A DNA stretch of 39,820 bases, from assembly GCA_035285385.1 (NCBI GenBank), contig JAYKJM010000001.1:1-39820 (forward strand). Direction: 5' to 3'. The notes beneath the pieces were generated by a model. The model saw only the letters and a list, made by a program, of their open reading frames with translations. It did not search any database and was not told the DNA's origin. Origin of the DNA: Vampirovibrionales bacterium. Its GTDB lineage: Bacteria > Cyanobacteriota > Vampirovibrionia > Vampirovibrionales > JAJTHC01. A program made the translations under genes and the position numbers. Below are positions 8,852 to 17,676 of this stretch, in pieces; the stretch's first letter is position 1; each line of letters starts with the position of its first letter.

Positions 8852-9619
8852 CTACTTGGTCAAACGCGCCATTCTTAAGTATCTGCAACATCGAGAGCGA
8901 CGTGTTTGAGGCTCTTGAACCTCAGCGGTTTCTTGTTCTGGTGCTCGTGGATGATGTGAGTCGAGGCAACTTAAAACCTCAGCGCTGTTTAGAGGAAATT
9001 GCGTCCACCCTGATGATTGCTCAAACGGTATCATCATTTTATCAGATTCAGCATTATTCAGGGCAGAATGATGAGATCTGACAGAAGCCCTCTCGGAGAG
9101 ATTCGGTTCAAATATTTGTGGATATTGCGTCGTTTTTAAAGGATTGCTGTGCGCCACGTGCTGTTTTTTGCCAGACATGCTTAAAAAGGGAGTCGACTTG
9201 GCAGCGGGAGCAGATAGCCATGGATCTTGAGGGCAAGCGGCTGGAAAGATAGAATCCAACGCTTGTTGCAACTCGTTAATAGCACGTTCAGCTTCGAGGG
9301 CGTCTGTTAGGGGATCTTTTTGGAGGACGTATTGCTCTGTATTTTTTTTTACGGGCTCTTGTGAAGACAAAGCGGGGTTAAATCGTCTCAGGTTTTCATG
9401 AAAACTCGATGCAATCGCTAAAGGCTTGGTGACATGGGCTCTGGGAATAACACTCAAGAATTCCTTTTTCATCGACAGTTGAGGTAATTTTGTCGCATCG
9501 TGTTGCAACGAGGCCTGACAAACCGTCATACCGGCGCTGCTATCGTGTTGCTCAACCTGATGCCATTCTTGATAAGCTTTTGTCAAGTGTTTTAAGGGAT
9601 TTGTCAAACAAGAAATCAT
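8852..9619 (-). CDS. Hypothetical protein, Ser/Pro/Gln-rich, with no TM segment or recognisable motif
   Basis: 255-aa ORF on the same strand as flhA and 131 bp upstream of it. Support is ORF length only, and the composition looks disordered. Confidence 0.4.
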   Translation of the reverse strand: MISCLTNPLKHLTKAYQEWHQVEQHDSSAGMTVCQASLQHDATKLPQLSMKKEFLSVIPRAHVTKPLAIASSFHENLRRFNPALSSQEPVKKNTEQYVLQKDPLTDALEAERAINELQQALDSIFPAACPQDPWLSAPAAKSTPFLSMSGKKQHVAHSNPLKTTQYPQIFEPNLSERASVRSHHSALNNAESDKMMIPFEQSSGWTQFPLNSAEVLSCLDSHHPRAPEQETAEVQEPQTRRSRCCRYLRMARLTK

Positions 9620-9876
9620 CGTCTCGACAGACCTTCAAATTAGCTGTTTTATAAATTTTTTAAATCTTTTAACAAAAATTTTACGCTAGCTGCTACATCG
9701 TGAGATCCTGTGTTTAAATGACGTTGAATAATTTTATTAACGTTAATCACAATATTGGCTCGTAACGTTTTGAGGGTGATAGCAATAAATACTCTTGAGC
9801 GGTTTTGATTAAGCATCGCCCTGTTTTCTGGTGTTGATCACCGCATTTGTCTGATTTTTTGAGAGCTGCGCAACCA

Positions 9877-12800
9877 ATGGTGCCTCGCTTAAACGCTGTT
9901 TCTTTTGGTGGCTATCGACCATTGCCCTCTGGAGATGCCGCGCTGTACCATACTGGGAGTGCCTCGGCAAAACAGGTTGAAGTTGATGTCCAAGAGCCCA
10001 ACCGTGAAACCATTGAGCGCTATAAGCTAACCCAAAACATCAACAAACAAGGTTGGACATTGGCAAAATCTATCCCCGCCGGCAGCGCGTACCGCTTTTT
10101 AGTGGATGGCACCCCGCGGCTGGATACCGTGACACTGACGCCAGTGAATAACGAGACGTTTAACCAGATTGACAAAGATTTAAGTCGGCTGAATGCCTCT
10201 GGGACCATGTTGGATGTGTTTCAACACAGCTTGAAAACAACAACCCACCGCAGCCCTGGCAATTTGGCCGTTGGACGAACCACCCACTTCAACCAAAAAT
10301 CCGAAGCGGCCAATAATGGCCTACAGAACATGATCACTCAGCTACCTGCCGGCAGTGTTCAGACCATTATGCTCAAACCCTTTACGGAGGGGGGCTATTG
10401 GACAATCAATCCCTATAAGCTCTGTCCAAAATCATTCCAGAATGAAGCCGCCTTTGATCAGTTTCTGGGTGAGCTTTTGAAGCGTAACCAAACACTGACG
10501 ATGGATTTAGCGCTACTGAACCAGAACATGGAAGGAGGGCACTATCGAGCAAACCTGATTCATGGCGCCCGAAGCCCGTTTAACGCCTGGTTTATAGATA
10601 ACAGGGCAGAGCGAAGCCTTGAAAGCCCCTTGGCGCGCGTTCACAGTGAAGGTTTTACGCATGGAATTCTGCCCACCAAACGCGACCCTGTCAGTGGACA
10701 ACGCACCGCCATCGATTTTGATCGTTTTGAGGTTGGCTTCAGCAATGCGCCTGACACGGCACACTATAACCCTCTGCAGCAAACGTTTATCCAGATCATC
10801 CCCACGCTTAATCCTAATGATGACAGCATCCACGGCCCCGAAGATAGCGCACACTCCTATAGCTTTCCGGTTGATCCCAAACTGGTTCGTCAAAAACTTG
10901 AGACAGCCAAACAATCCCAGCTTGTGCCTGGTTCGGAGGCTTACAAACGGCTGATGTTGCACTGGCCTGCGTCAACGGGGTCTAGACCGCCACAAAAGAT
11001 GTCTGCCCAAAGTTTTGATGATGCTTTTGGCAAATGGAACGGCAATGTGGATGTCGCCTTGCTCGATCCAGAAAATCCTGAAGTGCGTGCCTATCTTTCT
11101 GGGGCGATCACGCATTGGGTCAGACGCGTTATAACGCACCACCGTGGGGCCTTGTCAGAGGCTCTGCCCTCAGTGCTGACGCCTGAAACATTGAAAAAAT
11201 TTGAAGAAACACGCTTTGCTAGCCTGAACAAACCACCCTTAAGCCCTCAGGTTCTGAGCAAGGCGCTCTCTGGCACAAATATTCCCACCAACCTAATGCC
11301 TGAAGTGCCGTTTGCTCAAACCCTGATTGATGAAACCCCATTATCAGCCTTGCCACTACCTAACGAGTGGCTTACTGCCACCAGCCTATCCGATTTTCAG
11401 AAAGCCTTGCGCGCCTCCCAACCTGCCAGTTGGCGCCAGCAAGAAGGGTTTCAGCACGCGTTAAAACATAAACTTAGCCAGGCTATGGCCACCCTGCCAG
11501 CTCATGAGAGAGAAAAGCTCTCTGAACCTTTGGTGCAAAGCCAACTGGCTTCAAAAATGGGAGCCGCTCTGTTTCTACAATTATTAACAGGCGCCTGCGA
11601 TCCTCAAGACGCAGAGACTCGCCTCTTTCAGAGTTTACCCAAGGTGTTGCTGACCAGTGATCCGACACTTATTGCCAGGCTATTGCCTGCAGAGCTAACC
11701 CGCAGGCTCAACGCTCTGCCTGAGAAAACACTTAAAACGCTCATTGCCGAGCCTCTTAAAGCGCTCGATCCAGCCAAATTAAGAGTCGCCGATGCCTTTA
11801 TTCAACACTATGGGCTAGGGCCAAACGTTCGGCTTGATGCCGCCAAAGATGTCACCGAATTTGATGACGTCTACGGCGCTGATACGCTTGAAACTCGCGA
11901 GAAAGCGCTCTATCAAGCCGTCAGCAGAGCCACCGATTTTTGGCAAGAACTTTTGGCACCGGCCAAAAAATTGTTTCCTAAAATGACCGTTTTGGCCGAA
12001 TTAACCGATGTCGCCAAACTGAGCGGCCCATTTCCGTCACTGGCTGAAAAAGCGTATCAGCAATTCTACACGGTATTTGACAGCAACCCAGATATGGATC
12101 ACGTTTTTGGGCCGGCCTACCAAAGTTTCCATTATGCGTCTCGACCGTTTGAATTTGGCGATGATCAACGCCTGCCCTATCAGGGCGAGGCAGCCAAGCC
12201 AAACTCCGGGGAGAACAAGTACGGCCTTTGGGAGTTTATTTGGCAACGCAGCACTAAATTCCCGCTTCATGTCCAGCAGCAATATCAAACCATGATTACA
12301 AGCCATGACTATTCAACCGCGACGCATAACTTTTTAGTCAATCCGCTCCTGTTTTTTGCAGATCGCGAGCCATGGCGGGGAATTCTTGACGACATCCACG
12401 ATAGTCGTATGGAACTATCAACCAAAGCCTGCTTTGAGCCCTTGCGACAAAAGCTGGCCAGTCAGGGGGTTAAAAATCCGGGCGATGCCCTCTATAAACT
12501 GGAGCAAACACTTCTCAAGCACCATCAAAATGGCACGCTGACTAAAAATATACGACCTCGCTCCTCGGCTTTTTTGAGCCAGACAGCCCTCAACGGGGAG
12601 TCCAAAAGCAAGGCCAATCTTGTGGCGGCAACCCCAACAGAGGCCAAAGCGCAACTGATTGAGCTGATGGCATTGAAAATCACCCCAAAAGACCTTGGCC
12701 TAGCCGATGAAGGCGCCAAAACAGCTTTAATAGAGATCTTTAAAGACTTTCTGACTGAATCGAGTGCGGCAAAAGCCAAGCGTGCCATTTTAAATAACGC

Positions 12801-13716
12801 CACGCTGGCCTTTTTTAGCGAAGGACCCAGCCGTGCTCCTTCCGCTTGGCAAAAATGGGCTAAAACACACCAGATTGACCCGCTTAAGGGAGACGCCCTT
12901 CAGGCTGAACTCTTCGATCGACTGGTCACGCTCTCTCAAAAAGAGGGTGAGGTCTTTGGTTACTGGCCGCTGGATTATACCTTGGATCGCTGGCTCAACA
13001 CCCTTGATAGCAACCTCATTGGCAATCATCAAGCGGCTTTTAAACAGGCACTATTTGATGCCACGCTCAATCACGCCCAAATCCCTCAAAAATTAGAACG
13101 TATAACAGCTCTTCAGGTCGCCTTGCCTGGACTGCCCTCTGTTTCCATCAATGATTTATTAGGCCCAGGCGGCGGCGAAACCGATAAAAATGCTATGGTG
13201 CAAAACCGCCAGCCTATTGATGTAACCCAGCCTGCCGTTAGCGACGTGCAGCGCCATATGCGCCAGAGTCAACTCAAACTAATGCAATTGCGTCACAGCT
13301 TGCCTGTCCTCAATGATGGCCTCCTTATTAACCCGGCACTGAGCGTGGCGCAACGCGACGTGTTAAACGATGCTGGCATTATGCCCATTATTCGAGACAA
13401 CGGGACAGATCAAGCCATTGTGCTCATTCACACGGGCAAGCCAAAGCCCATCAAAAATGAAGACAACGGCTGGACGGAGCGCATTGGGGATTTACCCACT
13501 TATAAGCACCCCTATGCCACGCAAGCTGTAGCCAAAAATTTTAAGCTGGATTTAAGTGCCTTAGATTTTCCGGTCGGTGCGGGTTATCAGGATGTGATGA
13601 CGGGTGATCGCCTGGTTATAAATAACAAAGGGCAACTGGTCAAGGCGGATGAACAAGGTCAACCCACCGATCATGGCCTCGATATTGAGACGGTTCGCGT
13701 TCTCAAGAGGCTATAA
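9877..13716 (+). CDS. Giant GH13 (alpha-amylase superfamily)-derived protein with a CBM48-like N-terminus and large barrel insertions
   Basis: GH13 blocks appear in the correct order. They are GSVQTIMLKPFTEGGYWTINPY...FDQFLGELLKRNQTLTMDLALLNQ (region I, His replaced by Gln), DVALLDPENPEVRAYL, VRLDAAKDV (region II; Asp codon at 11836-11838), MTVLAELTD (region III), MITSHDYS (region IV), ALPGLPSVSINDLLG and LMQLRHSLPVLNDG. The N-terminal GWTLAKSIPAGSAYRFLVDG resembles CBM48. The longest ORF starts at TTG9847; ATG9877 is preferred. Confidence 0.75.
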   Translation: MVPRLNAVSFGGYRPLPSGDAALYHTGSASAKQVEVDVQEPNRETIERYKLTQNINKQGWTLAKSIPAGSAYRFLVDGTPRLDTVTLTPVNNETFNQIDKDLSRLNASGTMLDVFQHSLKTTTHRSPGNLAVGRTTHFNQKSEAANNGLQNMITQLPAGSVQTIMLKPFTEGGYWTINPYKLCPKSFQNEAAFDQFLGELLKRNQTLTMDLALLNQNMEGGHYRANLIHGARSPFNAWFIDNRAERSLESPLARVHSEGFTHGILPTKRDPVSGQRTAIDFDRFEVGFSNAPDTAHYNPLQQTFIQIIPTLNPNDDSIHGPEDSAHSYSFPVDPKLVRQKLETAKQSQLVPGSEAYKRLMLHWPASTGSRPPQKMSAQSFDDAFGKWNGNVDVALLDPENPEVRAYLSGAITHWVRRVITHHRGALSEALPSVLTPETLKKFEETRFASLNKPPLSPQVLSKALSGTNIPTNLMPEVPFAQTLIDETPLSALPLPNEWLTATSLSDFQKALRASQPASWRQQEGFQHALKHKLSQAMATLPAHEREKLSEPLVQSQLASKMGAALFLQLLTGACDPQDAETRLFQSLPKVLLTSDPTLIARLLPAELTRRLNALPEKTLKTLIAEPLKALDPAKLRVADAFIQHYGLGPNVRLDAAKDVTEFDDVYGADTLETREKALYQAVSRATDFWQELLAPAKKLFPKMTVLAELTDVAKLSGPFPSLAEKAYQQFYTVFDSNPDMDHVFGPAYQSFHYASRPFEFGDDQRLPYQGEAAKPNSGENKYGLWEFIWQRSTKFPLHVQQQYQTMITSHDYSTATHNFLVNPLLFFADREPWRGILDDIHDSRMELSTKACFEPLRQKLASQGVKNPGDALYKLEQTLLKHHQNGTLTKNIRPRSSAFLSQTALNGESKSKANLVAATPTEAKAQLIELMALKITPKDLGLADEGAKTALIEIFKDFLTESSAAKAKRAILNNATLAFFSEGPSRAPSAWQKWAKTHQIDPLKGDALQAELFDRLVTLSQKEGEVFGYWPLDYTLDRWLNTLDSNLIGNHQAAFKQALFDATLNHAQIPQKLERITALQVALPGLPSVSINDLLGPGGGETDKNAMVQNRQPIDVTQPAVSDVQRHMRQSQLKLMQLRHSLPVLNDGLLINPALSVAQRDVLNDAGIMPIIRDNGTDQAIVLIHTGKPKPIKNEDNGWTERIGDLPTYKHPYATQAVAKNFKLDLSALDFPVGAGYQDVMTGDRLVINNKGQLVKADEQGQPTDHGLDIETVRVLKRL

Positions 13717-13733
13717 GGCAAGATTGAAAGGGC

Positions 13734-14492
13734 TTAGGCACCAAATCGACGGCAACGGCCAGCAAATTGCGATAAAACCGTCACAAACGCATCGCTTGTA
13801 AAGTCTGGCCAGAGGGTTTCGGTGACCATAAATTCGGCGTACGCACACTGCCACAATAAAAAATTGCTCCACCGCTGCTCGCCGCCGGTTCGAATTAATA
13901 CGTCTGGGTCGGCTAAGCTGGCATCTGTGGCCAAAACAGTCGCCAGGCGATCCTCTGTGATGTCATCTACAGTTATTTCACCCGACTGAACTTGGGTGGC
14001 CAGGGTTTTAGCAGCCTGCGTTAATTCTAGTCGTCCACCGTAGTTGGTTGCCACTTGTAGCGTCAAGCCGGTATTGGTTTTGGTTTTGGCCATGCCATGG
14101 CGCAACGTGTTCTGAACATCTTTGGGTAAGCCTGCCAAATCGCCCACAAAGCAGATGCGAACCCCATGGGCATCAAGTTCAGACAGTTCGGCCAAAAGAG
14201 CCTGAACAAACAGACTCATCAGAGCGCCAACTTCTTCGGCACTGCGGCGCCAGTTCTCGGTAGAGAAGGCATACACGGTCAGAGCCGAAAGACCCATATC
14301 ACTGGCAAAGCGCACCAGATTTTTCAGCGCTTTCACCCCCGCCTGATGTCCCGCCAGGGTGGGCAAATGTCGTGCTTTGGCCCAACGTCGATTCCCATCC
14401 ATGATGATGGCCACATGGCGCAGGCCACCAGCACTCAGACAAGCCTGTAGCTCTGGCGAAAGGGTCTTGAAAACATCCGCATGCATGCGCAT
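13734..14492 (-). CDS. uppS: Undecaprenyl (isoprenyl) diphosphate synthase
   Basis: HVAIIMDGNRRWAK, YAFSTENWRRS and RTGGEQRWSNFLLWQCAYAEF are the canonical cis-prenyltransferase motifs. Confidence 0.93.
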   Translation of the reverse strand: MRMHADVFKTLSPELQACLSAGGLRHVAIIMDGNRRWAKARHLPTLAGHQAGVKALKNLVRFASDMGLSALTVYAFSTENWRRSAEEVGALMSLFVQALLAELSELDAHGVRICFVGDLAGLPKDVQNTLRHGMAKTKTNTGLTLQVATNYGGRLELTQAAKTLATQVQSGEITVDDITEDRLATVLATDASLADPDVLIRTGGEQRWSNFLLWQCAYAEFMVTETLWPDFTSDAFVTVLSQFAGRCRRFGA

Positions 14493-14506
14493 AAGGCAAA
14501 ATTCCT

Positions 14507-14857
14507 TTAGCCTGGCGGCCAGCTCAGCGTTCGGCCTGCCAAAAGATGAACGTGCCAGTGAAAGACACTTTGACCGGCACCGGCACCATTATTGCTAACA
14601 ACGCGATAGTCCTGAAGCTTATGCTGATGTGCATAGGCGGCGACGGCCGAGAATAACGTGCTGTATAAATTAGGATCTTGAACATCTGAGAGGCTTTCAA
14701 CATGTGTTTTCGGGATAAACAACACATGGGTGGGCGCCTTGGGCTCAATATCATTGAATGCAAGAATATGGTCGGTTTCAAAGACAATTTGGGCAGGGAT
14801 TTCACCGGTAACAATGCGACAAAAGAGGCAATCTGGTTTGGACATCTGGGACATCAT
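14507..14857 (-). CDS. HIT-family (histidine triad) nucleotide hydrolase/transferase
   Basis: CLFCRIVTGEIPA near the N-terminus and the histidine triad VFHWHVHLLAG near the C-terminus. The start is ambiguous (ATG at 14857, 14854 or 14845; the GTG at 14899 is unlikely). The gene lies 14 bp upstream of uppS on the same strand. Confidence 0.85.
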   Translation of the reverse strand: MMSQMSKPDCLFCRIVTGEIPAQIVFETDHILAFNDIEPKAPTHVLFIPKTHVESLSDVQDPNLYSTLFSAVAAYAHQHKLQDYRVVSNNGAGAGQSVFHWHVHLLAGRTLSWPPG

Positions 14858-14940
14858 AGAGGATAGTGTAACGTAAGAGACAACAATAACGTGAGCCACA
14901 AAAAATCAGCATCAAAACAAATGTCGAAAACAGCCAGCCA

Positions 14941-15717
14941 TTAGTGCCCGGCGACAAAAAGCGCTTGTACTACCAGCTCATCATCCATCGTCACATTGGC
15001 GTGGACGGCCTGCACGTCGTCGTGGCTTTCAAGAGTGTTCAACAGTTTGAGCAGTTTTTTGGCGGTGTCTAACTCGGTCACTTCGTTGATGTTTTTAGGC
15101 TTTCGGGTGATTTCCGCCGATTGAATGATCACACTGGGTTGTTTCAGGGTGAGGGCTTGGCAAACACGATTCAGCGCTTCAGGCGGTGTCACGATTTCAA
15201 ACACGGCTTCATCGGCCACATTGTGGATGTCTTCTGCGCCCACTTCCAGAACAAGATCCAGCAAGGTTGCCTCCTCAAGCCCATTGGCCGGGATACGAAT
15301 TAGACCAATTTCATCAAACATCCAGGCCACACAGCCTTCAGCACCCAAATTGCCGTCATACTTGTTGAAATAACTGCGAATATCGCCCGCTGTGCGATTG
15401 CGATTTTCGCTGAGCGCTTCCACCATAATGGCCACACCGCCTGCGCCATAACCTTCGTATCGAAGTGAGGCCAGATTATCTGTGCCACCAATTCCTTGGC
15501 CTTTTTCGATGGCGCGTTTGATGTTGTCGTTGGGCAAGCCGGCGGCCTTGGCATGATCGATAGCGGTGCGCAGGCGAAAATTACCATCAGGGTCAGGGCC
15601 ACCCATTTTTGTGGCCACCATAATTTCACGGGCATAACGAGCAAAGGTTTGGCCTTTTTTGACATCTTTAACGGCTTTTTGGCGCTTAATTTGCGCCCAT
15701 TTGGAATGTCCAGCCAT
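14941..15717 (-). CDS. yebC: YebC/PmpR-family transcriptional regulatory protein
   Basis: MAGHSKWAQIKRQKAVKDVKKGQTFARYAREI...NFRLRTAIDHAKAAGLPNDNIKRAIEKG is the hallmark N-terminus of the family. Length is 258 aa. Confidence 0.93.
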   Translation of the reverse strand: MAGHSKWAQIKRQKAVKDVKKGQTFARYAREIMVATKMGGPDPDGNFRLRTAIDHAKAAGLPNDNIKRAIEKGQGIGGTDNLASLRYEGYGAGGVAIMVEALSENRNRTAGDIRSYFNKYDGNLGAEGCVAWMFDEIGLIRIPANGLEEATLLDLVLEVGAEDIHNVADEAVFEIVTPPEALNRVCQALTLKQPSVIIQSAEITRKPKNINEVTELDTAKKLLKLLNTLESHDDVQAVHANVTMDDELVVQALFVAGH

Positions 15718-16240
15718 AAAACAAGCGTATCTCTGCCAGAATTGATAATGAAAAATAGCAACACCAAGGTAGCAACAGCTTTGGCAGGAATCAAGCAGCC
15801 AGGCCTTAGGGCTTCCGTCATTAAAATCTAAAGAAACCCTTAAAACATGCGTGAGCCTAGCAATTTTAAACCAGATAAGTTGTTTATTAAAACATAGAGA
15901 AAAAGAGCGAGAGCAGAGAGACAGAGAACTTAAACAGAGACATCACCTTTACCCAACAGCGCAAAGTAGGGCTGCTGAAATACAGCGACAATAAAAACGT
16001 TTCAGTGAGCCTTCAAACAAGCGTCTGCCGTTAACTAAAAATAGAAACAAGAGCATCAGAGAGCCGCGTGAAACTTGAATCTTCTTCAAGCTGCATCACA
16101 TGCGAGCAAGGCTAAAGCCTTGATAAATCCTCATTACAAGCACTCGGGCATAAAAACACCCATAGTTTTTATAGGTTCACAGAATTTTTTAGTCTTAAAC
16201 AGGGAAGAGAGAGACAAAGGCGGTTTGCTTGGCTACAAGG

Positions 16241-16268
16241 GTCCTACCACTGGTAGGACTTTTTTTTA
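16241..16268 (+). terminator. Strong rho-independent terminator with no upstream ORF
   Basis: GTCCTACC (16241-16248), loop ACT, GGTAGGAC (16252-16259), then eight T residues (16260-16267). The T-tract is on the + strand only. Confidence 0.8.
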
Positions 16269-16378
16269 TCTATGTTCTTCAAGAATATTTTCAGATTTCA
16301 AAAAAATCTGCATTAAGCAGAGGAGGTCAGAGGCGCCACCCATGTCTATGATGAGGATGCAATCAGGGGATAAGAAAA

Positions 16379-17602
16379 ATGTGTCGTCACACTCAAGAAT
16401 TTTACCGAAAGAAATGTTACCAAAAGTGTCGAAACAGCCTCATCAAGCTGAGTTTTATAAAATGGCTGGGTATATTTTGGGCACTCATTTTTGGGCTAAG
16501 CTCACCAGGACTTGCAGAACCCAACCCGACCTCTACGGAAGCGTTGCCCGCACTAAGCACTCTAATAGACACTGAGCGTTCTGAACAAACCGCCCCATTC
16601 AATGAAAAATCACAAGTTAAAACCGCAACGAACCACGGCCTTCAGCGTGCTGCAAAAACAACTGGCAATGTCATTCGCAGCACACCAACGTATTTAAGAA
16701 AAAGCCTACAATATTTCTCATCACCGGCAGATCAAAATATGACCTTGGCCGCAGAGCCCGTGCGCGGTGTGGTTGTCATAGGCATCAACCGCCACCAAAA
16801 TGATCGAGCTTTTAGCAACATCAGCCTTCTGGCTGGACAAACGCTGGCTAGGCAAATCAAACAAAACATCCCCACGGCAATGATTATAAACCCGATGCAA
16901 GTACTGCAAGAGGTTGAGCTGGCCGATCAACAAGCGCGCTACAATCTTTTTTTGAAAGAGTATCTCAAAACCGGCTCCCCAGATCCTGCAAGCGTGTCTG
17001 CCCTCCTTGCCAGCTGGTCTTACATTAGCAATCAACCCATTGACCGTCTTATTATTGTAGAGGCGCAAGTAAGCCTCAACACACCCGCCGAATCGCATCG
17101 ACTGGGCGATAAAATTCGTCATTTTCTCACCGACGATATTCCAACCGAAGTGCAGTACCCACTTTGGATTCGAACTGATGTTTATGACTGCAGTCACTGG
17201 CCGCAATCGCTTTCAAAAAATACAATGGGGCACTATGGCGAATCAAACCGCATTTGGTCAGATGAAACCACCGTGACTATCACAGCACGGCATGATGTGG
17301 TAGCAACCCCGTCCATTTTTCAGGACTCGCAAAACGTTTTGTTGTTTGAAAAAGAGGTCGACAAAGCCTATCATCAGCGTTTGGCGCTCGCCCCAATACA
17401 GGTAACCCACCATCCTGTGAATGCCTCTTTGAATGCAGCCACAAATCACGCCTTGCAGCAGGCAAAGCCTCAGGTTTCTGAGCAGGCTCCCCTCGCCATC
17501 AAAGCTTCACAGAGGCCATTGAGTCAAAATCAGCAAGCTGTAAAACAGGGGCTGTCAACCAAAGCCAAACGTATGCCCCTTTCAGGCATGGAGCCGTTTT
17601 AA
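16379..17602 (+). CDS. Secreted/exported hypothetical protein
   Basis: 407 aa with an N-terminal signal-like segment, LIKLSFIKWLGIFWALIFGLSSPGLA/EPNP. No catalytic motif recognised. The overlapping 16075-16575 ORF is rejected in its favour. Confidence 0.6.
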   Translation: MCRHTQEFYRKKCYQKCRNSLIKLSFIKWLGIFWALIFGLSSPGLAEPNPTSTEALPALSTLIDTERSEQTAPFNEKSQVKTATNHGLQRAAKTTGNVIRSTPTYLRKSLQYFSSPADQNMTLAAEPVRGVVVIGINRHQNDRAFSNISLLAGQTLARQIKQNIPTAMIINPMQVLQEVELADQQARYNLFLKEYLKTGSPDPASVSALLASWSYISNQPIDRLIIVEAQVSLNTPAESHRLGDKIRHFLTDDIPTEVQYPLWIRTDVYDCSHWPQSLSKNTMGHYGESNRIWSDETTVTITARHDVVATPSIFQDSQNVLLFEKEVDKAYHQRLALAPIQVTHHPVNASLNAATNHALQQAKPQVSEQAPLAIKASQRPLSQNQQAVKQGLSTKAKRMPLSGMEPF

Positions 17603-17676
17603 TCAACCAAGCTTCAACCAAAACACATCAGATGCCATTGATTTTGAGGGTTACAGGGTGTACCCTCTAATGTCAA

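Noticed and set aside
10513-10962. 149-aa antisense ORF and 111-aa alternative-frame ORF inside the giant GH13 gene
   Set aside because: The + strand frame carries ordered GH13 motifs across this span. The overlapping ORFs have no support.
13717-13733. Very tight convergent gene ends: a 17-bp gap here and a 3-bp gap at 31037-31039, with no room for terminators
   Set aside because: This is probably just compact genome organisation. No structure or motif is visible in the gaps.
15300-15821. 173-aa ORF overlapping yebC in another frame on the same strand
   Set aside because: The yebC frame has the hallmark family sequence. This frame is low-complexity and extends into the upstream non-coding region.
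16075-16575. 166-aa + strand ORF (TTG start)
   Set aside because: It translates straight through a strong intrinsic terminator (16241-16268). It also overlaps the start of the 16379 ORF, which has a convincing signal peptide. Its sequence has no protein-like pattern.
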